DNA from: a virus | Length of the DNA stretch: 64,000 bases | IMG/VR virus record: IMGVR_UViG_3300022204_000004 | Coordinates: 1-64,000 of that record | Reading direction: 5' to 3' (one strand) | In this document: positions 41,626 to 51,423 of the stretch, in pieces | How positions within the stretch are numbered: position 1 is the stretch's first letter | Layout: each line of letters opens with the position of its first letter | Notes under the pieces: model-generated | Seen by the model: the letters and a program-made list of their open reading frames with translations, nothing else | The model's database searches: none | What the model was told of the DNA's origin: nothing | Translations under genes and position numbers: made by a program

Positions 41626-43915
41626 CAATCAATTTGAACTCCCTAATCAAAGGCATCCTGAGTCCAAGTGGACAAAAAAGATGTATTTGGATCATGCCAA
41701 CAGAATGATTGAATACCTTGGGAACAAGGATTTGACCACAAGAAATGAAATGATTTCAAAACTGTACAGAATTTACAGCTGTCAGTTGAGTAGCAAAGAA
41801 GAAGAAGCCAACAAAACATTGACGGAACAGTACGGATATGATTTAGGAGTTGAATATGTTGTTTACCCTTTAGCTGAAATGGTCGTTGACCAATTAATAG
41901 GCGAATATCTATCCTTGCCACTTAAAAAGAAAACCTATTCAATAAACAAGAAAGCCATTAACGAAAGACTTGATGAAAAGGTCAAATATATAGCTGAAGA
42001 AATATTCAGAGCAGAAAACAAAAAACTTCAGAATGAATTGGGCTTTGAGCCTGAAACAGAAAATCCCGAAATAGATCTGCCTGATGATATTGAATTCTTT
42101 TTCAATAAAACCTACAAGACATTATCTGAAGAACTTTCAGATGATATTGTAACCCACTTTTTAGATGTTCTAAAAGAAAAACGAAAACTTAAAACCTTAT
42201 TGAGAGATTTCCTTATAGGGGAGCAGGCGACAGCTTTACTAGACGAGAAGGACGGACATCCCACTATTAAACGTACCAGGTACGATGAAACATATATCGA
42301 CCTCAACCCAGATGAAGAAGTCCAAACGGATATAAATATCTTTGCCTACTTCCCTTTTAAGACAAAGAACGAAATCCTCAATGATTACATTTTAGACAAA
42401 GACCAACTCAAAAAGATTGATGATATCTTTACAAGAATGCAACAAGGCAAATTATTGGATGAGCCTTTTGCTTTTTCAAATGATGGAGTTGACAGACATG
42501 GTTACGCAAACTGTAAAAATGGTGTTTCCTACAAAGGTTGGTATGAGTCAAATGCGACACACAGACTTCGTGTTCTTGTAATGAAATGGAAATCAAGAAA
42601 GGAAATCAGAGCCAAAGTACACATTGATAAAGCTGGAAAGGAAGTCTATACATTACTCAAAAAAGACGAAAAACCTAGAAACAGAGATGAAGTAAGAACA
42701 GTCTCCATAGAGGTTATTCGAGAAATTGAAATGTTGGGGCCGGATATAGTTTTAAAATATGGCGAATGCAAAGAGCGATTGAGCTATATCGACAACAACA
42801 AAAAAGTAAACTTGCCAGTCATATCCTTAAGGGGAAGAAACACAATGTATTCTACAGAGATACGCTCGGTAGTTGCAAAAGTCGCTCCACTTCAGAAAAT
42901 GGCTTCCGATATCCTTTTTGAACTTCGATTAGCCATAAAAGCAAATAACGGTAGGGTATTGGTTTATGATGCTTCACAAATACCAAAACAGTTTATAGAT
43001 TCTTATGGTCAGGAAAATGCAATCAATAGAATGTTGCACCATATCAAAAAGGACAAAATTTTAATATTCAATTCCAAAGACAAAAAATCAAGAGCAACAT
43101 TCAATCAGTTTACAGCTCTTGATTTGACCAATAGAGGTCTCGTTCAAGATTTGATAAATGCTCTTATGCTCATGGAAGAATTGGGCAGAAAGTTTGTAGG
43201 CATTACAAAAGAACGTCAAGGTGAAGTTGGTCAGTACCAAACGGCACAAGGAACCGATAGAGCTGTACTTGCCTCAAATGCACGTACCGAGATATACTTC
43301 AATCCATTTGACGAGTTTGTTCAAGGTCTATTGAACAAAATGTTGATGAAGGCAAAATCTGTTTATAGAACAGGTCAAGTGTTCTCATATGTCTTTGGTG
43401 ATTTAATGACAAAATTTTTAACTATATTCCAAGAGTTCTTTAATGTGGATATAGGTCTTTATTTTGGAGATAGATTCAAAGACCAAAGGGATAAACAAAT
43501 CATTGACCAAGCTGCGATGCAAGCTTTGGGAAATGCAACTGACAGAGAACAGATATTGGATCTGATAAATGTTCTTGAAGCCGAACACGCTTCTGAAAGT
43601 AAAGCTATCTTGGAAAAAGGACTTAAAGCTTTTGAAAAACTTCAGCAAGAAAATGCTAAAGCGGCTCAAGAAAACCAAATGAAAATGGACCAACTTAAAG
43701 CCGAAGAAGCCGAAAAAGAAAGAGAAGTTAAAAGAGAAGGCTTTCAAAAAGACATTACAGTTGCCAAAATATATGCAGACAATAAAACTTTTAATTCTGA
43801 AGAAGATAGGGTTTCCAATGAAGTACAGACAGCGGCCAAGATTGAAAGTGATTTATTGAAAGCAGAAAAAAGTAGTATAGCAAAGCCTTCAACGGCTTCA
43901 AAAAACAATGAATAA
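41618..43915 (+). CDS. Portal protein
   Basis: 765 aa following TerL; GITKERQGEV segment and C-terminal coiled coil typical of crAss/P22-like portals. Confidence 0.85.
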   Translation: MINNQFELPNQRHPESKWTKKMYLDHANRMIEYLGNKDLTTRNEMISKLYRIYSCQLSSKEEEANKTLTEQYGYDLGVEYVVYPLAEMVVDQLIGEYLSLPLKKKTYSINKKAINERLDEKVKYIAEEIFRAENKKLQNELGFEPETENPEIDLPDDIEFFFNKTYKTLSEELSDDIVTHFLDVLKEKRKLKTLLRDFLIGEQATALLDEKDGHPTIKRTRYDETYIDLNPDEEVQTDINIFAYFPFKTKNEILNDYILDKDQLKKIDDIFTRMQQGKLLDEPFAFSNDGVDRHGYANCKNGVSYKGWYESNATHRLRVLVMKWKSRKEIRAKVHIDKAGKEVYTLLKKDEKPRNRDEVRTVSIEVIREIEMLGPDIVLKYGECKERLSYIDNNKKVNLPVISLRGRNTMYSTEIRSVVAKVAPLQKMASDILFELRLAIKANNGRVLVYDASQIPKQFIDSYGQENAINRMLHHIKKDKILIFNSKDKKSRATFNQFTALDLTNRGLVQDLINALMLMEELGRKFVGITKERQGEVGQYQTAQGTDRAVLASNARTEIYFNPFDEFVQGLLNKMLMKAKSVYRTGQVFSYVFGDLMTKFLTIFQEFFNVDIGLYFGDRFKDQRDKQIIDQAAMQALGNATDREQILDLINVLEAEHASESKAILEKGLKAFEKLQQENAKAAQENQMKMDQLKAEEAEKEREVKREGFQKDITVAKIYADNKTFNSEEDRVSNEVQTAAKIESDLLKAEKSSIAKPSTASKNNE

Positions 43916-43923
43916 TTATTTTA

Positions 43924-43931
43924 TACATTTG
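43924..43931 (+). promoter_or_regulatory. -7 element TACATTTG for scaffold-MCP
   Basis: TAnnTTTG in the intergenic gap. Confidence 0.65.
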
Positions 43932-43967
43932 TATTAAACATTTTAAAAATCAGAAAAAATTAAAATT

Positions 43968-44966
43968 ATGGCAGACGAAACTAAACAGTATGATCCTTCA
44001 AATACAGAAATACCTGTAGATTTTTTTGAAAATCAAAAAAGAGAAGAAGAAGATGAATTCATTAACAGTTTTGATGAGAGAACCTACGAAGAAGCAAACT
44101 CTCCAAGAATGACGGACGAGGTTGAAGAGGTCGTAGATCCACAAGACGCAAATGATGAAGAGGACCCAGCTGAACCGTTTAAATTTGACGACACTTTAGC
44201 TGAAGCTGAAAAAGCTGAATTAGCTGAACTTAATGCTAAACTTGGAACCAACTTTGAGGATTTAAAAGAGCTTAAAGAAAAAATCAAACAGACCGATACT
44301 AAAGAACAGATATCTGAAATCGAAGAGGACAGAGATTTTGTTGCTTATTTCCAAAGTGTAATGAAGTACGATGACAAGGATATAGTCATGGAAGATGAGA
44401 AATTAAAAGCTCAACAACTAGGAAAGAATATCAAAGACCCTCGTATTATGGAAGAAATAGAGGAAAAGGTCGAAAGATTGGAACAAAATGAAATGTTGGA
44501 TTATGCGGCTCAGGCTGTACGAAACAATGTTCAGAATGCCATTGACAAACGTCAAAGCAAAATCGATGCTTTTGAAAACAGTCAAAAACAAACATTAGAA
44601 CAAAAAGAAGCTGCCCGAAAAGAGCAACTTCAAGAAAGTATAAACTCTATCTATAAAGCTGGAAAGTTTTTAAACATCACGCCAAAGAAAGAGGATTTTG
44701 TTGAAATCTATAGAGATTTAAGCAAAGGAAAACTTATTGACCACTTGAATGCCGATCCTGCGAGTGCCGTAGAGGTTGCGCTTTATCTTAAGTACAAAAA
44801 CGAAATTAGTAAAAACTTAGGCAAGCCAGGCTTTAAAGCTGGGGTAAAGTCGGCCCTTGAAACCATAGGGATGACAACGACACAACAAACCGGCAAAGGT
44901 GTCACGAAAAATGACAGAAGCGACAATCAGGACGAGCTAAGCTATTTAGATGCGTTTGCAAAATAA
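43968..44966 (+). CDS. Putative scaffolding protein
   Basis: Acidic coiled-coil protein between portal and MCP. Confidence 0.65.
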   Translation: MADETKQYDPSNTEIPVDFFENQKREEEDEFINSFDERTYEEANSPRMTDEVEEVVDPQDANDEEDPAEPFKFDDTLAEAEKAELAELNAKLGTNFEDLKELKEKIKQTDTKEQISEIEEDRDFVAYFQSVMKYDDKDIVMEDEKLKAQQLGKNIKDPRIMEEIEEKVERLEQNEMLDYAAQAVRNNVQNAIDKRQSKIDAFENSQKQTLEQKEAARKEQLQESINSIYKAGKFLNITPKKEDFVEIYRDLSKGKLIDHLNADPASAVEVALYLKYKNEISKNLGKPGFKAGVKSALETIGMTTTQQTGKGVTKNDRSDNQDELSYLDAFAK

Positions 44967-45103
44967 CAACGGGCAAAGCTAGTTGTTCAAACAAAATAAA
45001 TAGTGACAAAAAGTAGTCAATATGAGGTAAGTATCCAAAGGCAAAGCTATTGGAAATTAGCCATTTTTTAAATTATTATAAACCCTTAAAAAAAACTTAA
45101 AAA

Positions 45104-46786
45104 ATGGGAACATTATTGAGAGGGGTGTCCGAAAGGTTCAACCCGCAAATTCACACAGAAGACAAGTCTCTTACTGTGAATATGGCGAAACATAACGCCA
45201 TTAAGAACAAAACATTTGATTTGTTCGCTTCCAAAAACAAGTTCATCTCGTTCTTATACGCGACTGGACGTGTAAACATGGGAGTTCAAGCCGGAAAAGT
45301 TATGAAAGCAAGTGGATCTATCCACGATAACGCTTATCGTATTGCTTATAAAGGCTCTTTGTTTATTCCATCGTATGCCTTTGGAAAAACATTATTTGCT
45401 GACAATGCAGCTGAAGTTCAAGCTATCACAAACTTGACAGCTCAACCGTTAGCTGTAAACTACGGAACAGGTGTAGCCGCAGCGGCTGACATCATTCACA
45501 ATGTCTATGTTGCTCTTGGAGTTAAACATGACCCAACCAACAACGTATTTGGAGACAAATACAACGAGGGTGACGTTATCTGTTTAGGAAACTACGAGGG
45601 AACCAACATCATTGTAATGGGGAAACCTGTTAAGTCGGTTTCAGGTGATCATTATGTTGTTTATGGAAAAGTAAACGGCAAAACAGGACTTTTCGTTGAA
45701 GCTCATTTAGCGGCTGACGAATTGTTATCTGAAGGTGGTAACAGATTTGGCGAAGGATCTGAAAGAGGTTATCAAAGAGAACGTAGAACAAAATGGAGAA
45801 TTAACTATTCTTTCATTTCTCGTGCTACGCTTACGATGACCGGTTCAGCCATGAGTCAAAAAGTTGCCGTTATCTACAATAGCGAAACAAGAGCCACTAT
45901 GTGGGAATTGGAAGCTGTTATGGATTTACGTGAGAAACACGCTATCGACATGGAATTGGGTGCTCGTCATTCAAGAATGTCAATGGATCCAAGTTCTCAC
46001 TTATGGTATGAAAATTACGGAACAAACCTACTTACCCTTGATGGCTTTACTGCTGACTATGGTATCGTAGCACCTGTCATCGGTGATGGATGGCTTCCTC
46101 AATTAGAGGATTCTTTGACCGTAAGCTATGACCCGAATAACGATTTAGATATTCAAATCATAGAATTAATGATTACTATTTTGGCGCAACGTGCTCCTAA
46201 CGGAAGTACAGGAAACACTTTTGTCATTCTTGGAGACAAGTTGGCTCACATGAAAGTGGACAAAGCGCTGAAATTATTAATAGGACATTCTTCAGACGCT
46301 ACTGTAGTTACAAACAACAACACTAATTATGTTGTCAATGTTCGTACAGGTGAGAAAAACAAAGTTGGCTTTACTGTTGATAGATATCACTATCTTGAAA
46401 ACGAAGTCATCTTTATTGAAGATGAATTGTCCAATCATCCTGCTTTTGCCCCTCAAAACGGTGGTATCGTTGGTACAGGTTCAATGTATATCTTAAACGC
46501 TTCTATGGTGAACGGTGTTTCAAACATCGATTTATTGTCACGTAGTGACAGAGCTTTAAGAGCTAAATACATTGACGGTATGCACTCATTAGATCCAAAA
46601 AGAAATGCTTCTCCGGTTGCTTTCTCAGGATTTGACGGTGGTCGATTCGACTTATTAAGCGAAGTTCTTCCTATCATCTATTCAACTGAAAGTTGTGGTA
46701 GATTATTGGCAAGTGCTAAGTTTGCTGGCGGTGCATTATCAGGAGCTCCTGTTGCAAGTGAAATTGCTCCAGTTTGGCATTATTAG
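45104..46786 (+). CDS. Major capsid protein
   Basis: 560 aa; position; RFGEGSERG, GDGWLPQL and VGFTVDRY segments resemble crAss-like MCPs; biased codon use; strong terminator downstream. Confidence 0.85.
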   Translation: MGTLLRGVSERFNPQIHTEDKSLTVNMAKHNAIKNKTFDLFASKNKFISFLYATGRVNMGVQAGKVMKASGSIHDNAYRIAYKGSLFIPSYAFGKTLFADNAAEVQAITNLTAQPLAVNYGTGVAAAADIIHNVYVALGVKHDPTNNVFGDKYNEGDVICLGNYEGTNIIVMGKPVKSVSGDHYVVYGKVNGKTGLFVEAHLAADELLSEGGNRFGEGSERGYQRERRTKWRINYSFISRATLTMTGSAMSQKVAVIYNSETRATMWELEAVMDLREKHAIDMELGARHSRMSMDPSSHLWYENYGTNLLTLDGFTADYGIVAPVIGDGWLPQLEDSLTVSYDPNNDLDIQIIELMITILAQRAPNGSTGNTFVILGDKLAHMKVDKALKLLIGHSSDATVVTNNNTNYVVNVRTGEKNKVGFTVDRYHYLENEVIFIEDELSNHPAFAPQNGGIVGTGSMYILNASMVNGVSNIDLLSRSDRALRAKYIDGMHSLDPKRNASPVAFSGFDGGRFDLLSEVLPIIYSTESCGRLLASAKFAGGALSGAPVASEIAPVWHY

Positions 46787-46805
46787 TTTAGTTAGTTAAT
46801 TGAGA

Positions 46806-46842
46806 TAAGGGCTGTGAGTTGAAAGCCATGGCCCTTTCTTTT
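46806..46842 (+). terminator. Terminator after MCP
   Basis: AAGGGCTGTG...CATGGCCCTT TCTTTT. Confidence 0.75.
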
Positions 46843-46860
46843 AAAAAATCAGAAACACAA

Positions 46861-47664
46861 ATGGAAGTAGCACAAAAACAAAAAGTATGGCATAATGTCG
46901 AAATTACGGGCAGATGGCTTTTGACTTATGAAATCAAAAACAATCAAGGTCCAATGGCTTTCGGTGGAAAGCATTTAAGTCCTTACCCAAACCCTTACAC
47001 GCAACAAAAGACGTGGAGAAAATCTGTAAATGGTACAGCCTTAAACGGACTGATGATGGACAGACTTTCTAAAATTTATTTACCTGACGAATATCCACAG
47101 GACAAACTAGATGTTAATTGGTTAATCATGCACCCAGAGGTTAAAGTCGAGGGAGTAAAAGATTTAGATCCAAAGATTGTTTCCGCTAAAACCGGAATGC
47201 AAATCACATTGAAATGTTTGGATTATGTCGTTATGCAGGATATTGAAGACGAAGATTTTATTGATAGAGTTATTGGAAGGCTTACACTTGATGGTGGAAC
47301 CCAAGCAATAGGTCTTGAAAAACTAAGATATGTATTGGCCGCTCTTGGACAAAGTTATTACGATAACAGATATGAGGGTGCTGCCGAAAAGAAAATGCTC
47401 CGTTCAAAATTAAAAACTTGGACACGTAAATCTATTGAGAACGCTAGATTGGTACAAGAAGCCATAGACTCAATGGACGAATCGCAAGACAATTATTATT
47501 TCAAAGAAATGTTGCGTTTCAAGGTATTGGTGCCTTCAAATGGTGTTTACAAATTTCAGAACACTCCAATCGGAGCGAATGAATCAGCTGTAAATGCTTT
47601 CTTTTCAAATCACCCTGATACCAAAGCCGCAGCAATGGAAGCCCTAATGAAACTGTTAAAATAA
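46861..47664 (+). CDS. Conserved crAss-like virion gene downstream of MCP
   Basis: Position; start moved to MEVAQ, after the terminator and TCAGAA leader. Confidence 0.6.
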   Translation: MEVAQKQKVWHNVEITGRWLLTYEIKNNQGPMAFGGKHLSPYPNPYTQQKTWRKSVNGTALNGLMMDRLSKIYLPDEYPQDKLDVNWLIMHPEVKVEGVKDLDPKIVSAKTGMQITLKCLDYVVMQDIEDEDFIDRVIGRLTLDGGTQAIGLEKLRYVLAALGQSYYDNRYEGAAEKKMLRSKLKTWTRKSIENARLVQEAIDSMDESQDNYYFKEMLRFKVLVPSNGVYKFQNTPIGANESAVNAFFSNHPDTKAAAMEALMKLLK

Positions 47665-47671
47665 ATTTATC

Positions 47672-48319
47672 ATGGCTTATACAGTAAATCATCTTTATCA
47701 AAAAGTATTGGAAGGAACCGACAAAATGGGAAGTGACTTCTATACGGTGGACTATGTAATGAACAGGCTTGAAGCCGCTGTTTATGATTTCATAGGTGAA
47801 ACCGTAAAATACATGGAGAACACCCAAGAAATCAGAGATGATATCAGAACACTGTATAAGCCATATAAATTGGCTGTCATTCCGGACCCCTCTGGAAATG
47901 GCAAATTTTTAGCATCCTTACCTACAGATTACCAACATTTGATGTCGGGAAAAGTTCTTGACCAAAATGTTACAACAAGAAAGACAAGGATATTGAGACA
48001 TGGACAGCTCGATATTTTTGAAACAAACCCGAACACCAAAGCAACCGCTGAATACCCTACAGTAGTTGTTTACGAAGATTATCTACAGATAGTCAGTACG
48101 GGAACACCTGAATTCATTGAGGGTTTCTATGTAAAGAAACCTGTCTTTGGAAACCACGACATACATCATGACGATTTAGATGTCGAAATTGCAGTTAATC
48201 TACCTGACCATGCAGTTGACAAGATTATAAAAACGATTATAAGAGACATATTTACAGCTGTTGGAGATCCAAGAGTTCAAATACAATCAGCATCAGTAGA
48301 AGACTACCGTAATAGATAA
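47672..48319 (+). CDS. Tail ring/adaptor protein
   Basis: SLPTDYQHL...YVKKP...LPDHAVDKII pattern of P22 gp4-like ring proteins. Confidence 0.65.
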   Translation: MAYTVNHLYQKVLEGTDKMGSDFYTVDYVMNRLEAAVYDFIGETVKYMENTQEIRDDIRTLYKPYKLAVIPDPSGNGKFLASLPTDYQHLMSGKVLDQNVTTRKTRILRHGQLDIFETNPNTKATAEYPTVVVYEDYLQIVSTGTPEFIEGFYVKKPVFGNHDIHHDDLDVEIAVNLPDHAVDKIIKTIIRDIFTAVGDPRVQIQSASVEDYRNR

Positions 48320-48324
48320 GCCCT

Positions 48325-49020
48325 ATGATTACTACAGAAGAAAACATATTATATCAGCTGTTAAGCTCTATCAGGTCAAGTGAACTTATCAATGATGAGG
48401 TCATTGACGAAAGAGAAATTAGGTCAATGATGCGTGTACATCGCAATGAATTGATCTATAAATATTCAAACAAAGGTGTGGATATTCAGGATATTTGCTT
48501 TCAGATGCTTCCAATTATAAACTTAAGCGTTCTGAACGCAAACGAGTATATTGCAAGCCTTCCTAATATAGTTCAGCTTCCCCACAATTTAGGCACATAC
48601 CTACAAACTTTGGAGTTTGGAAATATACCTATTCTGTCAAGTGAGACCTATGAGCTATCAAAAAGAAACCTTATTGATAAGTATCAGCCAAAAGCAACTA
48701 TTCAAAATCAACAACTCAAGGTTTATATCAATGGTGTCAGTCCACAAGCAATAGCTAATGGTACAAGGGTAAACAGTAGAAATGCCAGTATAATGACCAA
48801 ACAGGTTCAAATGAGAGCCGTATTGGACAACCCTGATGATGGTTACAATTATGATTGGACTACAAGTCAATATCCTTTACCAAATGAAATCGTAAATGAG
48901 TTAAAGGTAAATCTTTTGAAAAGAGATTTTAATATTATACTAAGTTCAAAGTCAGACCAAGTTCCTAATATGAAAAACGACACATTGAGATACCATGACC
49001 AAGGACAAGTACAGCGATAA
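48325..49020 (+). CDS. Tail ring/adaptor protein
   Basis: Similar size; AVLDNP...YPLP pattern; position. Confidence 0.6.
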   Translation: MITTEENILYQLLSSIRSSELINDEVIDEREIRSMMRVHRNELIYKYSNKGVDIQDICFQMLPIINLSVLNANEYIASLPNIVQLPHNLGTYLQTLEFGNIPILSSETYELSKRNLIDKYQPKATIQNQQLKVYINGVSPQAIANGTRVNSRNASIMTKQVQMRAVLDNPDDGYNYDWTTSQYPLPNEIVNELKVNLLKRDFNIILSSKSDQVPNMKNDTLRYHDQGQVQR

Positions 49021-49501
49021 TGAAATCATACGAATTGACTATTTCTATAATCTTTTTGTAAGCCGTAAACGGTTATTCTTTCCGTCTATGTTTTTGTTCC
49101 CTACCAATACCAGGAACAAGAAGATCCCTGTTGACTTTCAACTTTTCAAGAGAATAATTCAAAAGTATTTTGAGATATACTTTAATGAACTATATTTCAA
49201 TGACACACCCAAATACTTTCCACTGTCAGGAAAGATAAAAAAAGCAAAAGGTTCCAATTTTTTTGTAAACAGTAAAAAGAAAGTAAGAAGACTTGGAAGA
49301 AGTCTGACTTGGATATGGTACGATAGACCTTCAATATCTTTTTGCTCTAATGTGAAATTAATTAAATTAAAAGGCTCGACAAGTAGAGTTGGATTATTGG
49401 ACAAAAAGTACAAAGAACAAAAAGACATTGAATTGTTACCAAGTGCAAATTCAGCTTTAATGGAGTTAGTTAACAATAATAAAATGTTTAGAAATGGTTA
49501 G
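48995..49501 (+). CDS. IHF-like protein of the structural module
   Basis: Basic; FKRII..YF...FPLSGKIK...WYDRP; crAss-like capsid modules carry IHF-like genes here. Confidence 0.5.
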   Translation: MTKDKYSDNEIIRIDYFYNLFVSRKRLFFPSMFLFPTNTRNKKIPVDFQLFKRIIQKYFEIYFNELYFNDTPKYFPLSGKIKKAKGSNFFVNSKKKVRRLGRSLTWIWYDRPSISFCSNVKLIKLKGSTSRVGLLDKKYKEQKDIELLPSANSALMELVNNNKMFRNG

Positions 49502-50924
49502 TGGAATAGTATATTTTGAAGAAATTGTTGAAAACATAAAAGACATTACAGGATATGAAAATATGCGTCCGCTATATTCTAAAATCCGTCGTTTTATTTT
49601 CAACGCAGAACAAGAAATTGCAGCTGGTGGTCTTATCGTAAGAAAGAAAAGAAAATACACCAAAGGCGATGGTTGGTATGATGGCACGAACATTACAATG
49701 CCCGAAGACTTTATAGGAGAGTATTCTTATAGAGACCTTTCGCTTGGCGTTATCAATGGCAATGTCATGACCCTACATTGTGATGGGCCAGACGAAATAG
49801 AACTTTACTATTTAGGTTTTTTATTGGACAACAATGGCAATCCTTTTACTACTAGAAATCATTTGTTGGCTGTTTGTTACTATGCAAGACAGAGAATGTA
49901 TTCTGCAAGTGTCTTTATGAAACAAGGGAATGTAAACGCTTACAGACTCTTTACTCAGGAATGGGAAGATGAATGTTTAGCGGCTAGAGGAAATGACGCT
50001 TTCCCTTCAGAAAAAGAATGGGAAGAAATAGGAAGGACATTGAACGGTGGAATGTTTGAGGCTCTCACTAATTGTGGAATCAGAAGCATTTATAATGGAT
50101 GTAATGATACTACTGCCGAAGATGGAGGTGTAACTCCTCCCGATACAGGTGGTGATTTATTGCCTTGCAACCTTGTAGAGATATTCAATGCATCTTTGAT
50201 AGATCCTTATGTATATACTCCGCTTCCTACGACAACACCAAGTGTTCAAGGTGGATCGACTGTTACAGGGGCTTTAACATATCAGGAATTTCAACTGACT
50301 TCAGGACAGACAACATTAACAGGAACACTTACCATTAGTTCTTTATGGCTATGCAACAATAGTGAACTGGAATTGGCTTCGGCAAGTTCTCCAAACTATA
50401 ATTGGGCTCCGTTCCATGAGTATTCCGGAGGTTCATTAAATCAAATAATGAAAGTTTCAGTAAATGGATATATTCAGAAAATAGGTATAATAACAAGAAT
50501 TTTAGGTAATGCTTCAGCAGACATAAAACTTGATATATACAGTACTTTTGATGCTGGTCAACCACCTCAAAGTGGTGTGCTTAAAGCATCTGTTACTGTT
50601 CCTTTTGCCAATATAAAAAATGAACTTGAAACAATATTTGAGTTTTTTGATGTTCCTGCAACCGGAGAAGTTTATTTGGTATTTACCGCTATAAATCCTC
50701 TTAATTGGGATTTCTTCAACAATATGGGTATTAAATTTGTCAATGACGACCCTCAAGCTGACGGAAAATATTCGTTCTATTATTTTGATGGAACTTATTA
50801 CGGAGATCTAAGCGATACAAACAATAACGCTTGGGTAGGTAAATTATGTTATTCAAACACAATGCTTGGAACAATAGGTTCTTTATCTGGTGAAGCTAAT
50901 GGTTCAACAACATTAAACCCTTAA
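49494..50924 (+). CDS. Tail tubular/ring protein fused to a beta-rich C-terminal domain
   Basis: N-terminal ~200 aa ring-protein-like (MPEDF, YLGFLLD..GNP); C-terminal beta-sandwich plus GxxNGSTT repeat. Confidence 0.55.
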   Translation: MVSGIVYFEEIVENIKDITGYENMRPLYSKIRRFIFNAEQEIAAGGLIVRKKRKYTKGDGWYDGTNITMPEDFIGEYSYRDLSLGVINGNVMTLHCDGPDEIELYYLGFLLDNNGNPFTTRNHLLAVCYYARQRMYSASVFMKQGNVNAYRLFTQEWEDECLAARGNDAFPSEKEWEEIGRTLNGGMFEALTNCGIRSIYNGCNDTTAEDGGVTPPDTGGDLLPCNLVEIFNASLIDPYVYTPLPTTTPSVQGGSTVTGALTYQEFQLTSGQTTLTGTLTISSLWLCNNSELELASASSPNYNWAPFHEYSGGSLNQIMKVSVNGYIQKIGIITRILGNASADIKLDIYSTFDAGQPPQSGVLKASVTVPFANIKNELETIFEFFDVPATGEVYLVFTAINPLNWDFFNNMGIKFVNDDPQADGKYSFYYFDGTYYGDLSDTNNNAWVGKLCYSNTMLGTIGSLSGEANGSTTLNP

Positions 50925-50928
50925 TATT

Positions 50929-51423
50929 ATGGCAAACCCTACCACAAACGAACAGAATATAAAAATATTAAAACAGTGCATTGATGCTTTAGCTGTCGAG
51001 ATAGGAAATCAGTTTCAGAGAATAAATACTGTTTCTTCAGGAAATCCTGAATATGATATTACTCATTTAGAAACGACTATCAAAACAGATTTAGTTGCAG
51101 CAATCAATTCTTTAGTAACGATAAAAAATCCTCAAAAGATTGTTGTATCAGCTCGAAACTTTGCTGAAGATGATAATTGCTATGATTTAATATTCAGATC
51201 ACCGACAGATATTACAATGACTGTTCCTCAATTTTTAGTAGAACGTTTTGAATGTGGAATGTATAACGAAGGACCTGGGAATGTTTCTTTTGCTGTTGCA
51301 AACGGAACGGTAAATTTAGATTTACCTGACGGCTCTGTTCTTCCTCCTAAAAAAGTAGCGACACTTTTTAAAATATTAGACGAAAACAATCAAATTATAA
51401 AAGGTGAACTCGTTACTCCATGA
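50929..51423 (+). CDS. Tail fibre-associated protein
   Basis: LETTIKTDLVAAINSL helical fibre motif. Confidence 0.55.
   Translation: MANPTTNEQNIKILKQCIDALAVEIGNQFQRINTVSSGNPEYDITHLETTIKTDLVAAINSLVTIKNPQKIVVSARNFAEDDNCYDLIFRSPTDITMTVPQFLVERFECGMYNEGPGNVSFAVANGTVNLDLPDGSVLPPKKVATLFKILDENNQIIKGELVTP

Noticed and set aside
44971-45020. Resemblance to a c-di-GMP-I (GEMM) riboswitch (GGCAAA...TAGTGAC-AAAAAG)
   Set aside because: It lacks the GNRA loop, tetraloop receptor and second stem; the simpler twin-hairpin reading fits better. An Rfam search would settle it.
39310-46786. Introns or inteins in terL, portal or MCP
   Set aside because: The ORFs are continuous and of ordinary length, with no intein or homing-endonuclease motifs seen.
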